DNA from: an uncultured Acidobacteriaceae bacterium
GTDB taxonomy: Bacteria; Acidobacteriota; Terriglobia; Terriglobales; Acidobacteriaceae
Length of the DNA: 64,000 bases
Assembly (NCBI GenBank): GCA_963719405.1
Contig: OY970381.1
Location: 3,454,163-3,518,162, forward strand
Direction: 5' to 3'
In this document: positions 20,084 to 30,057 of the stretch, piece by piece
Layout: every line of letters begins with the position of its first letter
How positions within the stretch are numbered: the stretch's first letter is position 1
Notes under the pieces: model-generated
What the model was told of the DNA's origin: nothing
Seen by the model: the letters and a program-made list of their open reading frames with translations, nothing else
The model's database searches: none
Translations under genes and position numbers: made by a program

Positions 20084-21168
20084 GTGAAAAGTGAGCTTTC
20101 GAAGCAGGGAAGGGCAGTGCCGGACATCTCGCAGGAGCCGGAAAGGCTGCTCGACGAAGCCCGTCGCCTGATCGGAGCGGCTCGGCAGCAGGCAACGGCA
20201 GCCGTGAACGCCAGCCTGACCCTGCTGTACTGGCGACTTGGCGAGCGCATTCAGCGCGAGGTTCTCGGAAGCGAGCGGGCGGGGTACGGCGACGAGATTG
20301 TCGTGACACTGTCGCGAGAATTGGTCCGGGAGTTCGGCCGCGGGTACTCGGAGAAGAATCTTCGCCGCATGGTCCAGTTTGCCGAGGCTTTTCCCGAGGA
20401 AGAGATTGTCGTGACGCTGTCACGACAATTGAGCTGGTCGCACTTCAGCGCGCTCCTGCCCCTCAAGCGTCCTTGCAGCGCGAGTTTTATGCCGAGATGA
20501 GCCATATAGAGGGATGGAGCGTCCGCACCCTGCGCGAACGCATCGATTCCATGCTCTACGAGCGGACTGCCTTATCCAAGCTGCCCGATGCCCTGATCCG
20601 CCAGGAGTTGGCGGCTCTGCGCGCCAAGGGCGACGTCACCCCCGCCCTGGTGCTCAAGGATCCCTACGTGCTCGACTTTCTCGGCATCGCAGATCGGTAC
20701 GTCGAACGCGACCTCGAGGATGCCATACTGCGGGAACTCGAGAGCTTCCTGTTGGAGCTCGGTGCCGGATTCTCCTTTGTCGCACGGCAGAAACGTATCC
20801 AACTCGACGGAGACGATTTCTACATCGATCTCCTCTTCTACAACCGCAAGCTGAAGCGCCTGGTCGTGGTCGAGCTGAAGCAGGGCAGCTTCAAACCCGA
20901 ATACAAGGGACAGATGGAACTGTATCTGCGATGGCTGGCCCGCTACGAGAGAGAGGGAGGGGAAGAGCTGCCGCTAGGGATCATTCTTTGTGCCGGCAAG
21001 AACACGGAACAGATTGAACTGCTGGAGCTTGACGCCTCGGGTATCCACGTCGCTGACTATCTGACGGTCCTCCCGTCGCGGGAGGATCTCCAGCGAAAAC
21101 TGCACGAGGCGGCGGTGACGGCTCGGCGGCGATTCGACGCAAAGGACCTCAAGGAAGACGCTCCATGA
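20084..21168 (+). pseudogene. YhcG-type PDDEXK nuclease (DUF1016 family), disrupted by a 1-nt frameshift
   Basis: Track ORFs 20084..20500 and 20473..21168 are the N- and C-halves of one protein (...SRQLSWSHFSALLPLKRP | LQREFYAEM...DLLFYNRKLKRLVVVELK). They join if one T is restored in CGT CCT TTG at 20468-20475. Confidence 0.85.
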
Positions 21169-22097
21169 GCACCGCGCTGGTTCACATTCCATCGCAGCCA
21201 GATGTGCCTACCGTCTCGGGACGGTTTCACCGACTAAAGGAGACGGTTCTGCGCAGTGTCGTCTCCGTTCATTCCAAGCGGAACTATGCGAAGGCGCTCG
21301 ACGAGCTGCAGGCCTTTTGCCTGGACCGGGAAGTGCCCCTGTCGCGCGCCCTGCTCCTGGAGTTCCGGGCGGCGATGCTGGAGCGGAACCTGAGCCCTTC
21401 GACGATCAACGTGAAGCTGTCGGCGATCCGGAGCTTGATCGGCGAAGCTCGACGTGCGGGCGTTCTGGAAGCCGAGGAGGCGTCCCAGATGACAGACATC
21501 CCCAATGTCCGGCAGCAGGGAACCCGTCTTGGGAACTGGCTGACCCGGGAGCAAGCAAAGGAGCTGCTCGCGGTTCCTGATCGCTCCACACTGAAAGGGA
21601 AGCGGGATTACGTGATCTTGTCGCTACTGGTAGGCTGCGCCCTGCGCAGAAGAGAACTGGCCTCCTTATATATAGAAGACATCCAGATGCGCGAGGGCCG
21701 CTGGGTGATGGCTGATCTCCGCGGCAAAGGCAATCGCATCCGGACTGTGGCCGTACCCGTCTGGGTCAAGCAAGGCGTCAATGCTTGGCTCATAGCCGCA
21801 AAGATTGAAGAGGGACGGCTTCTACGGGCAGTCTCGAAGGGCGGAAAGCTGAAGGGGGAGGGCCTGAGCGACTGGGCTATCTGGTCTGTCGTCGAGCAGT
21901 CTGCCAAACAGATCGGGATCGAGCGGTTTGGCGCCCATGACCTCCGCCGCACCTGCGCCAAGCTGTGCCGCAAGGCTGGCGGCGACCTCGAACAGATCAA
22001 GTTCCTGCTGGGACACTCCTCGATTCAGACCACCGAGCGTTATCTTGGGTCCGAGCAGGAGATAGCTGTAGCTGTAAACGACAACTTGGGCTTTTGA
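20990..22097 (+). repeat. Module copy A: 3' end of YhcG gene + recombinase
   Basis: It is collinear with 46504..47633. By eye about three quarters of nucleotides are identical, the recombinase length is identical (933 nt), and the same ATGA-type junction is present. Confidence 0.8.
21165..22097 (+). CDS. Tyrosine recombinase (XerD-like phage-integrase family)
   Basis: Core-binding domain (NYAKALDELQAFC...STINVKLSAIRSL) and catalytic domain (RRRELASL...AHDLRRTCAKL...LLGHSSIQTTERYL). A 4-nt overlap links it to the upstream YhcG gene. Confidence 0.9.
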   Translation: MSTALVHIPSQPDVPTVSGRFHRLKETVLRSVVSVHSKRNYAKALDELQAFCLDREVPLSRALLLEFRAAMLERNLSPSTINVKLSAIRSLIGEARRAGVLEAEEASQMTDIPNVRQQGTRLGNWLTREQAKELLAVPDRSTLKGKRDYVILSLLVGCALRRRELASLYIEDIQMREGRWVMADLRGKGNRIRTVAVPVWVKQGVNAWLIAAKIEEGRLLRAVSKGGKLKGEGLSDWAIWSVVEQSAKQIGIERFGAHDLRRTCAKLCRKAGGDLEQIKFLLGHSSIQTTERYLGSEQEIAVAVNDNLGF

Positions 22098-22729
22098 AAA
22101 TGCCGGTTAGCCAGGTGACGCAGCCGGCCCTCTCGGGCGTACAACGATCGGTCCCTGACACCCTTGAACGCAGTGCTCCCGACTTGAGTGGTAGACGGAG
22201 GAACCCGCCGGACGATTCGCCGACGTAAAAATGATGTAACTAGGTTAGATCCTGGAGCACACCCGCGTTGCTGCCGGAAGGTCGCTTTCCGAGCTCTGCT
22301 GCAGGAGTGGAGGTCGTCGATGAATTCACTGGCTCCATCGCCTATTGACGTCCGGCTCTCGGCTGCCCTCAGCTGGTTGAAATGAGCCGGCTTCAAGGGA
22401 ATGCAAGGGCGGAGCATCGGCCGGTCTCACGAAGGCCATCTGTCCTTGGAGGTCCCTGACGCCTCTCGATATTTAGCCCATATTAAACACTCACCAGTTG
22501 GTCATCTAAACTGCTGGCGAACAACTACTGCTCGGTCTCTGGGACACTCGTGCCTGACAAGAACGGCAGTAATGCCTGCTGTACAAAGATGCCGTTTAGC
22601 GCACGCTCGACTTGACACTCCACGCAGCTCAGAGATTTTAAAGCGACGCAAGCGCTGGTGCCATAAAGGTTCAATGTATTCACCCTTCGCCCAAGTGGCC
22701 AATAAGAGCGAAGCTGGTGCGGACATTGT

Positions 22730-25420
22730 TTAGGAGAAGGTGGCGACGAGGAGGGTCATGTCGTCGTGCTGGGGGGCTCCGGCGGTGAATGTGTCTGCTG
22801 CGGTGAGGATGCAGGTGAGCAGTTCGTGCGCCGTAGCGGTGGAGCCGCGGTGGTGGAGTGCGTGGCGGGCGCACTCAATCATGCGCGGTTCGCCCCATTC
22901 TTCTTCGTCGGCTGTCATCGCTTCAGAGATGCCGTCCGTGAAGGCGAGGAGAACGTCGCCCGGGTGGAGCAGGATGACGGCCTGTTCGTAGTCAGCGTCG
23001 GGCAGGAGGCCGATGACCGTGCCGGTGGCTTCGAGCGGTATGGCCTGGCCTTGGCGAAGGATGACCGGAGGATTGTGGCCGGCGTTGATGTAGGTAAGGA
23101 GGCGTGTCGATGGATCATACTCGGCATAGAAGAAAGTGGCGTAGCGGTTCGCGGCAGAAGCCTCGTAGACGAGACGGTTGACGTGGCGCATGAGGGCAGC
23201 GAGGTCACCAGTCTGGAGCATGGCGATGGCGCGGAGACTGGCGCGGAGCGAGGCCATAAGTAGGGCGGCGGAGATGCCTTTACCGGAGATATCGCCGATA
23301 GCAAGCGCGAGGCGTGGAGGTTCGGCGGGGTCGGGGGAACTCAGGGTGAAGAGGTCGTAGTAGTCGCCGCCCACGGCGTGGGCCGAACGACAGAAGCCGA
23401 AAAGGCCGACGCCGGGGATCTGCGGGTAGGACTGCGGAAAGAGACGCTGCTGGACTTCGCGAGCAATCTCGATCTCACGGGAGACACGCTCGCGTTGGGA
23501 GATTTCAGCAGTAAGGTTTTCGAGGAGTTCGGCGTTTTCTAGGGCAAGACCGGTCTGGGAGGCGACGGTTTGGAGAAGCTGGCGATCGCTGCGGGAATAG
23601 GGCTCCTCGGAGCGTTTGGGGCCGAGGGCCATTACGCCGATGAGCCGGTTGCGGCCGGGGAGGGGGACGAGCAGCTCGGTGGAAAGGTCGGCGAGTGCGG
23701 TGCGTTCAAGATCCGTAGCATCGACGAGCCAGGATGAAGGGTCGTCGCGGTAGACGTTGGCGGGGGCCTTTTCGCGGGTGAGGGTGGTGATCGTGGTGGA
23801 GGAGGCAGGCAGGGAGGGTACGTGGGTGCCGTTGGGATGCGTCGGCATGCCGGTGGAGAGTTGAAGGCGGAAGGTGTCGCCCATACGTAGGAAAACGGCC
23901 ATGCGTTCGACGTGGAGGGTCTGACCAATGCGCCCGGTGATGGTCTCCAGAAGGGGTTGGGTTTCGGTGAAGTTGCGGGCCTGGTCGGAGAGCTCGGAGA
24001 GAACCTGTTCGGAGGAGTACGCCTCGCGGAAGAAGCGCTCGTCGATTCGCTGCTGGAGACGTTTGGAAAGAATAAAGCGAAAAGCGAAAACGATACCAAC
24101 GAGGCCGAAGATGCGGACAACGTCGACGCGGCGCTGGTGTCCGGGGTGGGCGAAAAACTGGTTCAGCGAGTAGCCTACGAGACCACCGAGAATGATACGT
24201 AACACGAGCACGGACTGTCGGGCGAAGAAGTATTTGGTGCCTTGGCGGAGGAGCAGTCGGACGTCCATGGCGCGCTGGACGATAACGACATAGGCGAGGG
24301 AGAGGGGAAAGAGCAGGAGGATAAGAAAGATCGGGATGGTAATCCATTGCGGGATGTCCTGGCCCACATCTTTTCCGCGGATTAGCGAAATAACCACGAG
24401 AACAAATAAGGGACTGAGACCGATGGTAGCTCCGAAATAGAGGACGCGGAGGCGACGGCGGGCATCGGGCGTGCTGTCGGCGATCTTGGCAAAGAGATTG
24501 GGGAAAAAGTAACCGATCGCACAGGCGCTGATGATGTTTTCGAAGACACTGAAGCGCGCCAGCCAGGGGCTGAGGATAGCGACGGCACTGAAGCGGTAGG
24601 TATGACCGAGCCCAAAGAGAAGATCGATCGGCAGGAAAAGAAGAACGGGGATAAGCAGCAGCCACTTGAGCCACGGCAGGCGGATGTCGATCTTAGAGCG
24701 GTGGGGGAAGTAAATGCCGAAGAGCATGAGGCAGACAGGCATGGCGGTCATCGCGACGGTGGACCAGACGAGCGCGAGGGGCAACAAGGGGCTGTAGATC
24801 AGTGTGGCCGGGATGAAAATGACGTCGAAGTTGGCGAGGATGCCGAGGATGAGCCAGGCGTGGGGGCTGCGCGGGCGGGCAAAGACGACATAAAGACCGA
24901 TGAGCAGGCAGAAGAAGGGTAGGAAGAGAAAGGCGCATTGGAGGGTCGAGGTCCACAGGGGTGGGGTGACGCTGCGCTCCGCTGCTAGCTTGACGGTTGC
25001 CAGAGACGGAACAGCTTGTGCGGGGGAGTGAAGAAAAGTAACGACCATGAACTGGCCGGGACGGCTGTGACGCAGCTGGTCCAGCAGAACGAAAGTGCCG
25101 GTGAAAGGCCGGCCGTTGATCGCTATGACGGCGTCGTTGACATGTAGCCCGGCCTGCTTTGCTTCGGGAAGTACTAAGGTGATGGCAGGGACAGCGGCGC
25201 CCGTACGGAGCCCTGCGGCGCGGGCCTGATTGTCAGAAAGGTAGAACTCGTGAGCGCCGGTTCCGTTGTAAAAGGGATAACGCGAACGACTTGTGCCCTG
25301 GCCGAGGTTCTGGAAGTTGACAACCGCGCCGAGATAGAAGTGGGTAAGCGCCAGAAGCGCGACCAGGGTAAGCAGGGCATATTGAAGAGCGGCACGTTTC
25401 TGGAGCATGGCTGGCTGCAT
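22730..25420 (-). CDS. Membrane-bound PP2C/SpoIIE-family serine phosphatase with PDZ-like, polytopic and GAF-like regions
   Basis: C-terminal GGDYYDLF...IGDISGKGISAALLMASLRA...INAGHNPP...AFTDGISEA. The middle has about 10 TM segments, and the N-terminus has PDZ-like AGLHVNDAVIAINGRPF. Confidence 0.9.
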   Translation of the reverse strand: MQPAMLQKRAALQYALLTLVALLALTHFYLGAVVNFQNLGQGTSRSRYPFYNGTGAHEFYLSDNQARAAGLRTGAAVPAITLVLPEAKQAGLHVNDAVIAINGRPFTGTFVLLDQLRHSRPGQFMVVTFLHSPAQAVPSLATVKLAAERSVTPPLWTSTLQCAFLFLPFFCLLIGLYVVFARPRSPHAWLILGILANFDVIFIPATLIYSPLLPLALVWSTVAMTAMPVCLMLFGIYFPHRSKIDIRLPWLKWLLLIPVLLFLPIDLLFGLGHTYRFSAVAILSPWLARFSVFENIISACAIGYFFPNLFAKIADSTPDARRRLRVLYFGATIGLSPLFVLVVISLIRGKDVGQDIPQWITIPIFLILLLFPLSLAYVVIVQRAMDVRLLLRQGTKYFFARQSVLVLRIILGGLVGYSLNQFFAHPGHQRRVDVVRIFGLVGIVFAFRFILSKRLQQRIDERFFREAYSSEQVLSELSDQARNFTETQPLLETITGRIGQTLHVERMAVFLRMGDTFRLQLSTGMPTHPNGTHVPSLPASSTTITTLTREKAPANVYRDDPSSWLVDATDLERTALADLSTELLVPLPGRNRLIGVMALGPKRSEEPYSRSDRQLLQTVASQTGLALENAELLENLTAEISQRERVSREIEIAREVQQRLFPQSYPQIPGVGLFGFCRSAHAVGGDYYDLFTLSSPDPAEPPRLALAIGDISGKGISAALLMASLRASLRAIAMLQTGDLAALMRHVNRLVYEASAANRYATFFYAEYDPSTRLLTYINAGHNPPVILRQGQAIPLEATGTVIGLLPDADYEQAVILLHPGDVLLAFTDGISEAMTADEEEWGEPRMIECARHALHHRGSTATAHELLTCILTAADTFTAGAPQHDDMTLLVATFS

Positions 25421-25500
25421 GTTAGCAGCCAGCCACTTCGCTAGTTTGGCTCTGTTGCATCAAGTAGCTGGAGCGCAGTACGCCCCCATCCGGCCAAGTG

Positions 25501-25760
25501 TCAGGCGGCAATGTGGAAGGGCTGATCTACGAACCGGATCTCATCGCCCACTCGTGGTTTGCACGTGAGGCATTGTCCGCGATGGATCATTCGCATCATC
25601 GCGAAACCCTTGATTGTGGCGGTCGCACTCTTCATGCGTTGGAAAGCCTCACATTGTACTCCAAGACGAACGGTTTTCTTTCTTCTCATCTGCAGAGCAC
25701 GTTCGTCTACAAAACCCGGCCGACGCCACCTCGTGCTCGGGTAGGGCGCTAACACCTCAG
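25501..25760 (-). pseudogene. Remnant of an IS6-like (DDE) transposase C-terminus
   Basis: ...AFQRMKSATATIKGFAMMRMIHRGQC... resembles the conserved C-terminal FKS..SA..TI.G.E.M.MI.KGQ block of IS6-family transposases. No DDE core or inverted repeats are visible. Confidence 0.45.
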
Positions 25761-26019
25761 CAGCATTCCCACCTGTACGGTATCCACAGAAAGAATCGTC
25801 GCACGAGCGAGAGCTATAAAGACGCTCAGCTGACCGGTCGATCTTCTCGGCTTCGGAACGCAAGCAGGATCAGGACGAAGATTAGCTTGGGATCTCTGAT
25901 CGATTCGATGCAGCCCCACTTAGACATACCCGGTCAAAGATTCCCTTGACAACTGAGGGAGCACAGAACTAAACCCGTTGTCACCATCGATTCCTCAAAT
26001 CTCTTCGCGCGAGCCGCCA

Positions 26020-26430
26020 ATGCTTGGAACCCTTCGCTTCCGCCTGCTGATTCTACTTCTGTGTGTTCTGTTACTCGGTTTTTCCGTCCCGGCACGCGCT
26101 CAGACCCCCATCTCCGGCGGGCAGGCAGCCGGTATCTTGGCCATCCTGATCGGTGTCGGCGTGGGAGTCGGGATCGGAATCTACTACCTCGTCCGCCCCT
26201 CCCCCTCACTTAGTGGTTGTGTCAATTCGAGTGCCTCGGGTCTCCAGCTTGAAAACGAGAGCGACCATCAGACATACGCTCTCTCGGGAGACCTGGCCGC
26301 CCTGAAGGTGGGCACACGCGTTCGCCTCCAGGGAAAGAAGGGCAGGGACGCGGCGAAGAGTAGGACGTTCGTGGTCGGAAAGGTGTCGAAGGATCTTGGA
26401 CCCTGCAGAGCTGCTAAGGCAACACCCTGA
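26020..26430 (+). CDS. Hypothetical secreted/membrane protein
   Basis: MLGTLRFRLLILLLCVLLLGFSVPARAQ is a signal peptide, followed by a Gly/Val/Ile TM segment. I recognise no family. Confidence 0.5.
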   Translation: MLGTLRFRLLILLLCVLLLGFSVPARAQTPISGGQAAGILAILIGVGVGVGIGIYYLVRPSPSLSGCVNSSASGLQLENESDHQTYALSGDLAALKVGTRVRLQGKKGRDAAKSRTFVVGKVSKDLGPCRAAKATP

Positions 26431-26736
26431 TTTTCACGTAGATGTCCGCGTTCGATCATTCACGTCCTGCGTGTAATGGGTATCAACGGGTCAGCGTGTG
26501 GTCGTTCTCGTTGCGGCTCTTCAGCACTTCGGATGCCTTCGAAGATTGACGAACCATAATGGATGCCGTGGCTTAGGACGTGTATGTTGGGGTCGTCCGA
26601 AGGAATCAAACGTCCGTTGTGCCGATTGTTTTTGGTAGTTTCCAGTTTGATACCAGTGTCTCAGTGTCTGCTCGGTGTTCACCGAGGGGTATACATAGAG
26701 CTGCAAGGAAGCCTTTGCGTTTCGTGCCGCGTACCT

Positions 26737-27807
26737 TCAGTCTGACTTCAATCCCGCGTCGCGCAATGCCCGCGCAGGATCAGAAAGCGCTCGCTCTCGG
26801 GCTCGATCCAGGCGTGGCTCAGACACAGCAGGTTGGGCGGCTTTCAGAGCTCGGGTGTAGGCCTCAAGCAGTGCGTCGGCGAAATTGGACTCGACATCGG
26901 GTTGAACTCCAACCCCTTCCCAATTTGTTTTGGTAATTGGATTGAATGCGCGACCGGTCGGGATGAAGGCATCGAAACCCGGACCTAGGCGTTGCGTCGC
27001 AGCAGCGGGATTAGCGCCGCCACCGGTTGCATGTCCAATAAGGGTTGCTCGATGAAGGGTTTGAAGATCGTATGCGAGTTGTTCGCCGGCGGAGAAGGTG
27101 CCTGCACTGGTCAAGACAAAGACTGGTGTGCTGACAAACCTTTCGCCCGGAACGTAGGTGAGTGTCCACTGTTCATCGGTGCGTTCCTTTCCTGATTCAC
27201 GCCACACAATCGAGGTAAGTTGTTTTTGGCCGGCGAACAAGTACGTCAACAGACGCTCGACCATCTCCGGGTGACCACCCATATTGCGCCGTAAATCGAT
27301 GATTAAGGCGTCGGAACCGTGGAGAAGGCCCATGGCCCCATCCATTGCCGCAAACGCTTCCGGATCATCGGAGAAGTATCTGATGTTGATCAATCCAACG
27401 TTTCCAGGGAGACGAGCAACGGATTGGATACCGAAGCCTCTTGCCTCCTCAACTTGGTGCATTTTTTGATTGTCTGGTTGACTTGGCGATGCCGCGCTTG
27501 GTGAGGGCTGAGGGTTGTAGAACACCGCAAGATGTTTGTCCTCCGCAACAGTGCGCATGTCGGCGGTGAGCTTTGCAGCCAAGGCCTCCGGGGTGGTGAT
27601 TGCTCGGTAGGAATCCACGTGTTGAAAAAGGTAAGCCTTGAGGGCATCGGCTTTCTCAGGAAAGATGTATTTGTCCAAATCGGCAATCAATTGGTGAACG
27701 ATGGAATCAGTGTTAGGAGGCTCCAGTATTTTCTGCGTCTGTGCTGCGCAGGTCATCGTGCTCAAGAGGAACGCGGTAATCGGAATTACGGTTCTCATAA
27801 TGTTCAC
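26737..27807 (-). CDS. S41-family peptidase (IRBP/tail-specific protease-like)
   Basis: Signal peptide, then LIIDLRRNMGGHPEMV and VLTSAGTFSAGEQLAYDLQ, which are S41 catalytic-domain blocks. Confidence 0.8.
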   Translation of the reverse strand: MNIMRTVIPITAFLLSTMTCAAQTQKILEPPNTDSIVHQLIADLDKYIFPEKADALKAYLFQHVDSYRAITTPEALAAKLTADMRTVAEDKHLAVFYNPQPSPSAASPSQPDNQKMHQVEEARGFGIQSVARLPGNVGLINIRYFSDDPEAFAAMDGAMGLLHGSDALIIDLRRNMGGHPEMVERLLTYLFAGQKQLTSIVWRESGKERTDEQWTLTYVPGERFVSTPVFVLTSAGTFSAGEQLAYDLQTLHRATLIGHATGGGANPAAATQRLGPGFDAFIPTGRAFNPITKTNWEGVGVQPDVESNFADALLEAYTRALKAAQPAVSEPRLDRARERALSDPARALRDAGLKSD

Positions 27808-27978
27808 TCGGTGAAGTCACTCAGAGACTAGGGGCTGCTCGTTCAGATTTTATGAAGATCTGTTATAGCGCGTATCTGAGCGACCGACTTAGCAACTAGG
27901 GAATGCCATCATTGCGATTCCCTCTCCTTCATAATTCCTTAGTACCAGACACATAGCCTTCCATCAGGAAAAACTGCT

Positions 27979-29312
27979 ATGAGTCGTCTCGTTCGCTGGC
28001 GTGCCGCTTTAGTCGCTTCGATTGTGGTGTTCGGATCGTTTGCCCACGGGCAGCAAGTGCTGATGGGGGGCCACCACCGGAAATCAAAAGCCATATCGAT
28101 TCATTGGTGAAAGCGCTCAACAGTGCCGAACCTGGAGCGTGGGAGAGAATGGCTCAGGAGCATTCCACGGCCAGCCAACTGAAGCGGCAGACGGCCGAAG
28201 AGCGCAAGCAGGCACACGAAAATATTCGACGTGACTTCGGAACGATCACCCTTGGCCGCGTCGAGGGTCCCGATCAGCCCCTCAGGCTCCACATTATGGG
28301 GTCAACCGGTGCCAGCGGCGTGATCGAACTAACGTTAGAAGACGATCCTCCGTGCAAGATTGAAAAGATCGGCGTCCGAATCGGGGGACCGTCCGGAAAC
28401 GGCCCCGAAGCGAGTGTCGATCCCCCGCAGGTAAATGGCACAATGTCGGGGACGCAACTGACCGCGGTACTAAACGATTATCTTCGCGAGTTGGCGGCGA
28501 GGGACGTGTTTTCAGGCGACGTGCTGATCGGGAAAGACGGAAAGACCGTCTACGCCGGTTCAGCCGGCTTCGCCGACCGATCAAACAGATTGCAGAATGG
28601 ACCCTCGACGCGCTTCAATGTTGGCTCCATCGATAAGGCGTTTACGAAAACAGCTATTGAGCAACTAGTGGCGCGAGGAAAGCTTTCGCTATCGGACACG
28701 ATAGGAAAGCTGTTACCGGACTATCCGCAGCCGGAGAGCAAGACAGCCACCGTTGATCAGTTGTTGCATCACTCTGCGGGCATCGCTGATGTGTTTGGAG
28801 ACGACTTCTACCAGGCATCGAAAGCTCGCTTTCGTTCTAACGATGATTACTACAGGTTTGTTTCGGGTGCCAAGCGGATGTTTGCGCCCGGTGCACGAAC
28901 TCAGTATTGCAATGGATGTTATGTGGTCTTGGGAGCCATTATCGAGCGCATCTCTTCGATGCCGTATGAGCGGTACGTGGAGCAAAACATCTTCAAACCG
29001 GCAGGCATGAACTCGACGGGGTTTCTTCAGGCGGACGGTATCAATCCGGACGTGGCAGTGGGTTATGCCCGTCCGGAACACGGCGGTGCGTTACAAAGCA
29101 ATGTGCTTATGAATGGGGCCTCGGGCTGTGCCGCAGGCGGAGGCTACTCCTCGACTGAAGACCTCTTCCGCTACTCCGAGGCGCTCCGGACCAAGGCGAT
29201 TCCGGACGTGGCTTCGTCAAACAGCTTGAACATTGGCGGTGGTGCACCGGGGATCAATGCGGTTGTGCAGCAAAGCGGCGGTTGGACAGTGGTCGTGATG
29301 GCCAATCTTTGA
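27979..29312 (+). pseudogene. Beta-lactamase-family serine hydrolase; signal peptide out of frame with the mature domain as sequenced
   Basis: ATG 27979 encodes MSRLVRWRAALVASIVVFGSFAHGQQ (signal peptide), and this frame stops at 28105-28107. The catalytic domain (SxxK = FNVGSIDKAFT) is in another frame that is open from 27957. The two frames cross at a G6 run (28065-28070). Confidence 0.6.
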
Positions 29313-29382
29313 CCCGCCGGCCGCTGAGATAATCGGATCAGCCTTGACGCGTTCGCTTTCTCGCTGAGGTCGGAGGAGTGGT

Positions 29383-30057
29383 ATGCGTATCGTGATTGTC
29401 GAGGACGATGCAGTTGTTTCTACGACGCTCAGCCTCTATCTGACAAGGGCCGGGTACGAGACGGTGGTTGCCAGGCACGGCGTCCTGGGATTGGAGCTCG
29501 CATCTGGCGAAGGTGTGGCCCTTCTGATCTTGGATCTGATGGTCCCGGGTATTCCCGGTCAGGAAATCCGCAAGCGTCTTCGTCAGACCTCCACCTTACC
29601 CATAATGATGCTTACCGCCCGAACTTCAGAAGCCGATCAGCTGGCAGGATTCGACCTCGGCGCCGACGATTATGTTCCCAAGCCGTTTCGACCGCGCGAG
29701 GTTGTCGCCAGGGTTCAGGCGCTCCTACGTAGAACGTCGCTACAACCAACAGAACCGCCTCCACCCATTGTGGTTGGCGCCCTAGAGATCAACTGCTGGG
29801 GTCGCAGTGTTCGAATCCGCGGAGAGAGCGTCGCGCTCACACGAACCGAGTTCCGCCTGCTGGAAGTGTTTGCAAAATCTTTGGGACGTGCCTTTACACG
29901 CGAAGAACTCTTATCCCGCGCGTTCGATCCCGACTTCGACGGCGTTGACCGCACCGTCGATGTACACATAACCAACCTCCGGAAAAAGATCGAACGGCAT
30001 GGTGAGCATTACATCCTCACCGTTCACGGGGTTGGCTACCGCATGGGGGCGAAGTGA
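29383..30057 (+). CDS. OmpR-family response regulator
   Basis: Receiver domain (MRIVIVEDD...LLILDLMVPG) plus a winged-helix domain (LTRTEFRLLEVF...VDVHITNLRKKIE...TVHGVGYR). Confidence 0.92.
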   Translation: MRIVIVEDDAVVSTTLSLYLTRAGYETVVARHGVLGLELASGEGVALLILDLMVPGIPGQEIRKRLRQTSTLPIMMLTARTSEADQLAGFDLGADDYVPKPFRPREVVARVQALLRRTSLQPTEPPPPIVVGALEINCWGRSVRIRGESVALTRTEFRLLEVFAKSLGRAFTREELLSRAFDPDFDGVDRTVDVHITNLRKKIERHGEHYILTVHGVGYRMGAK

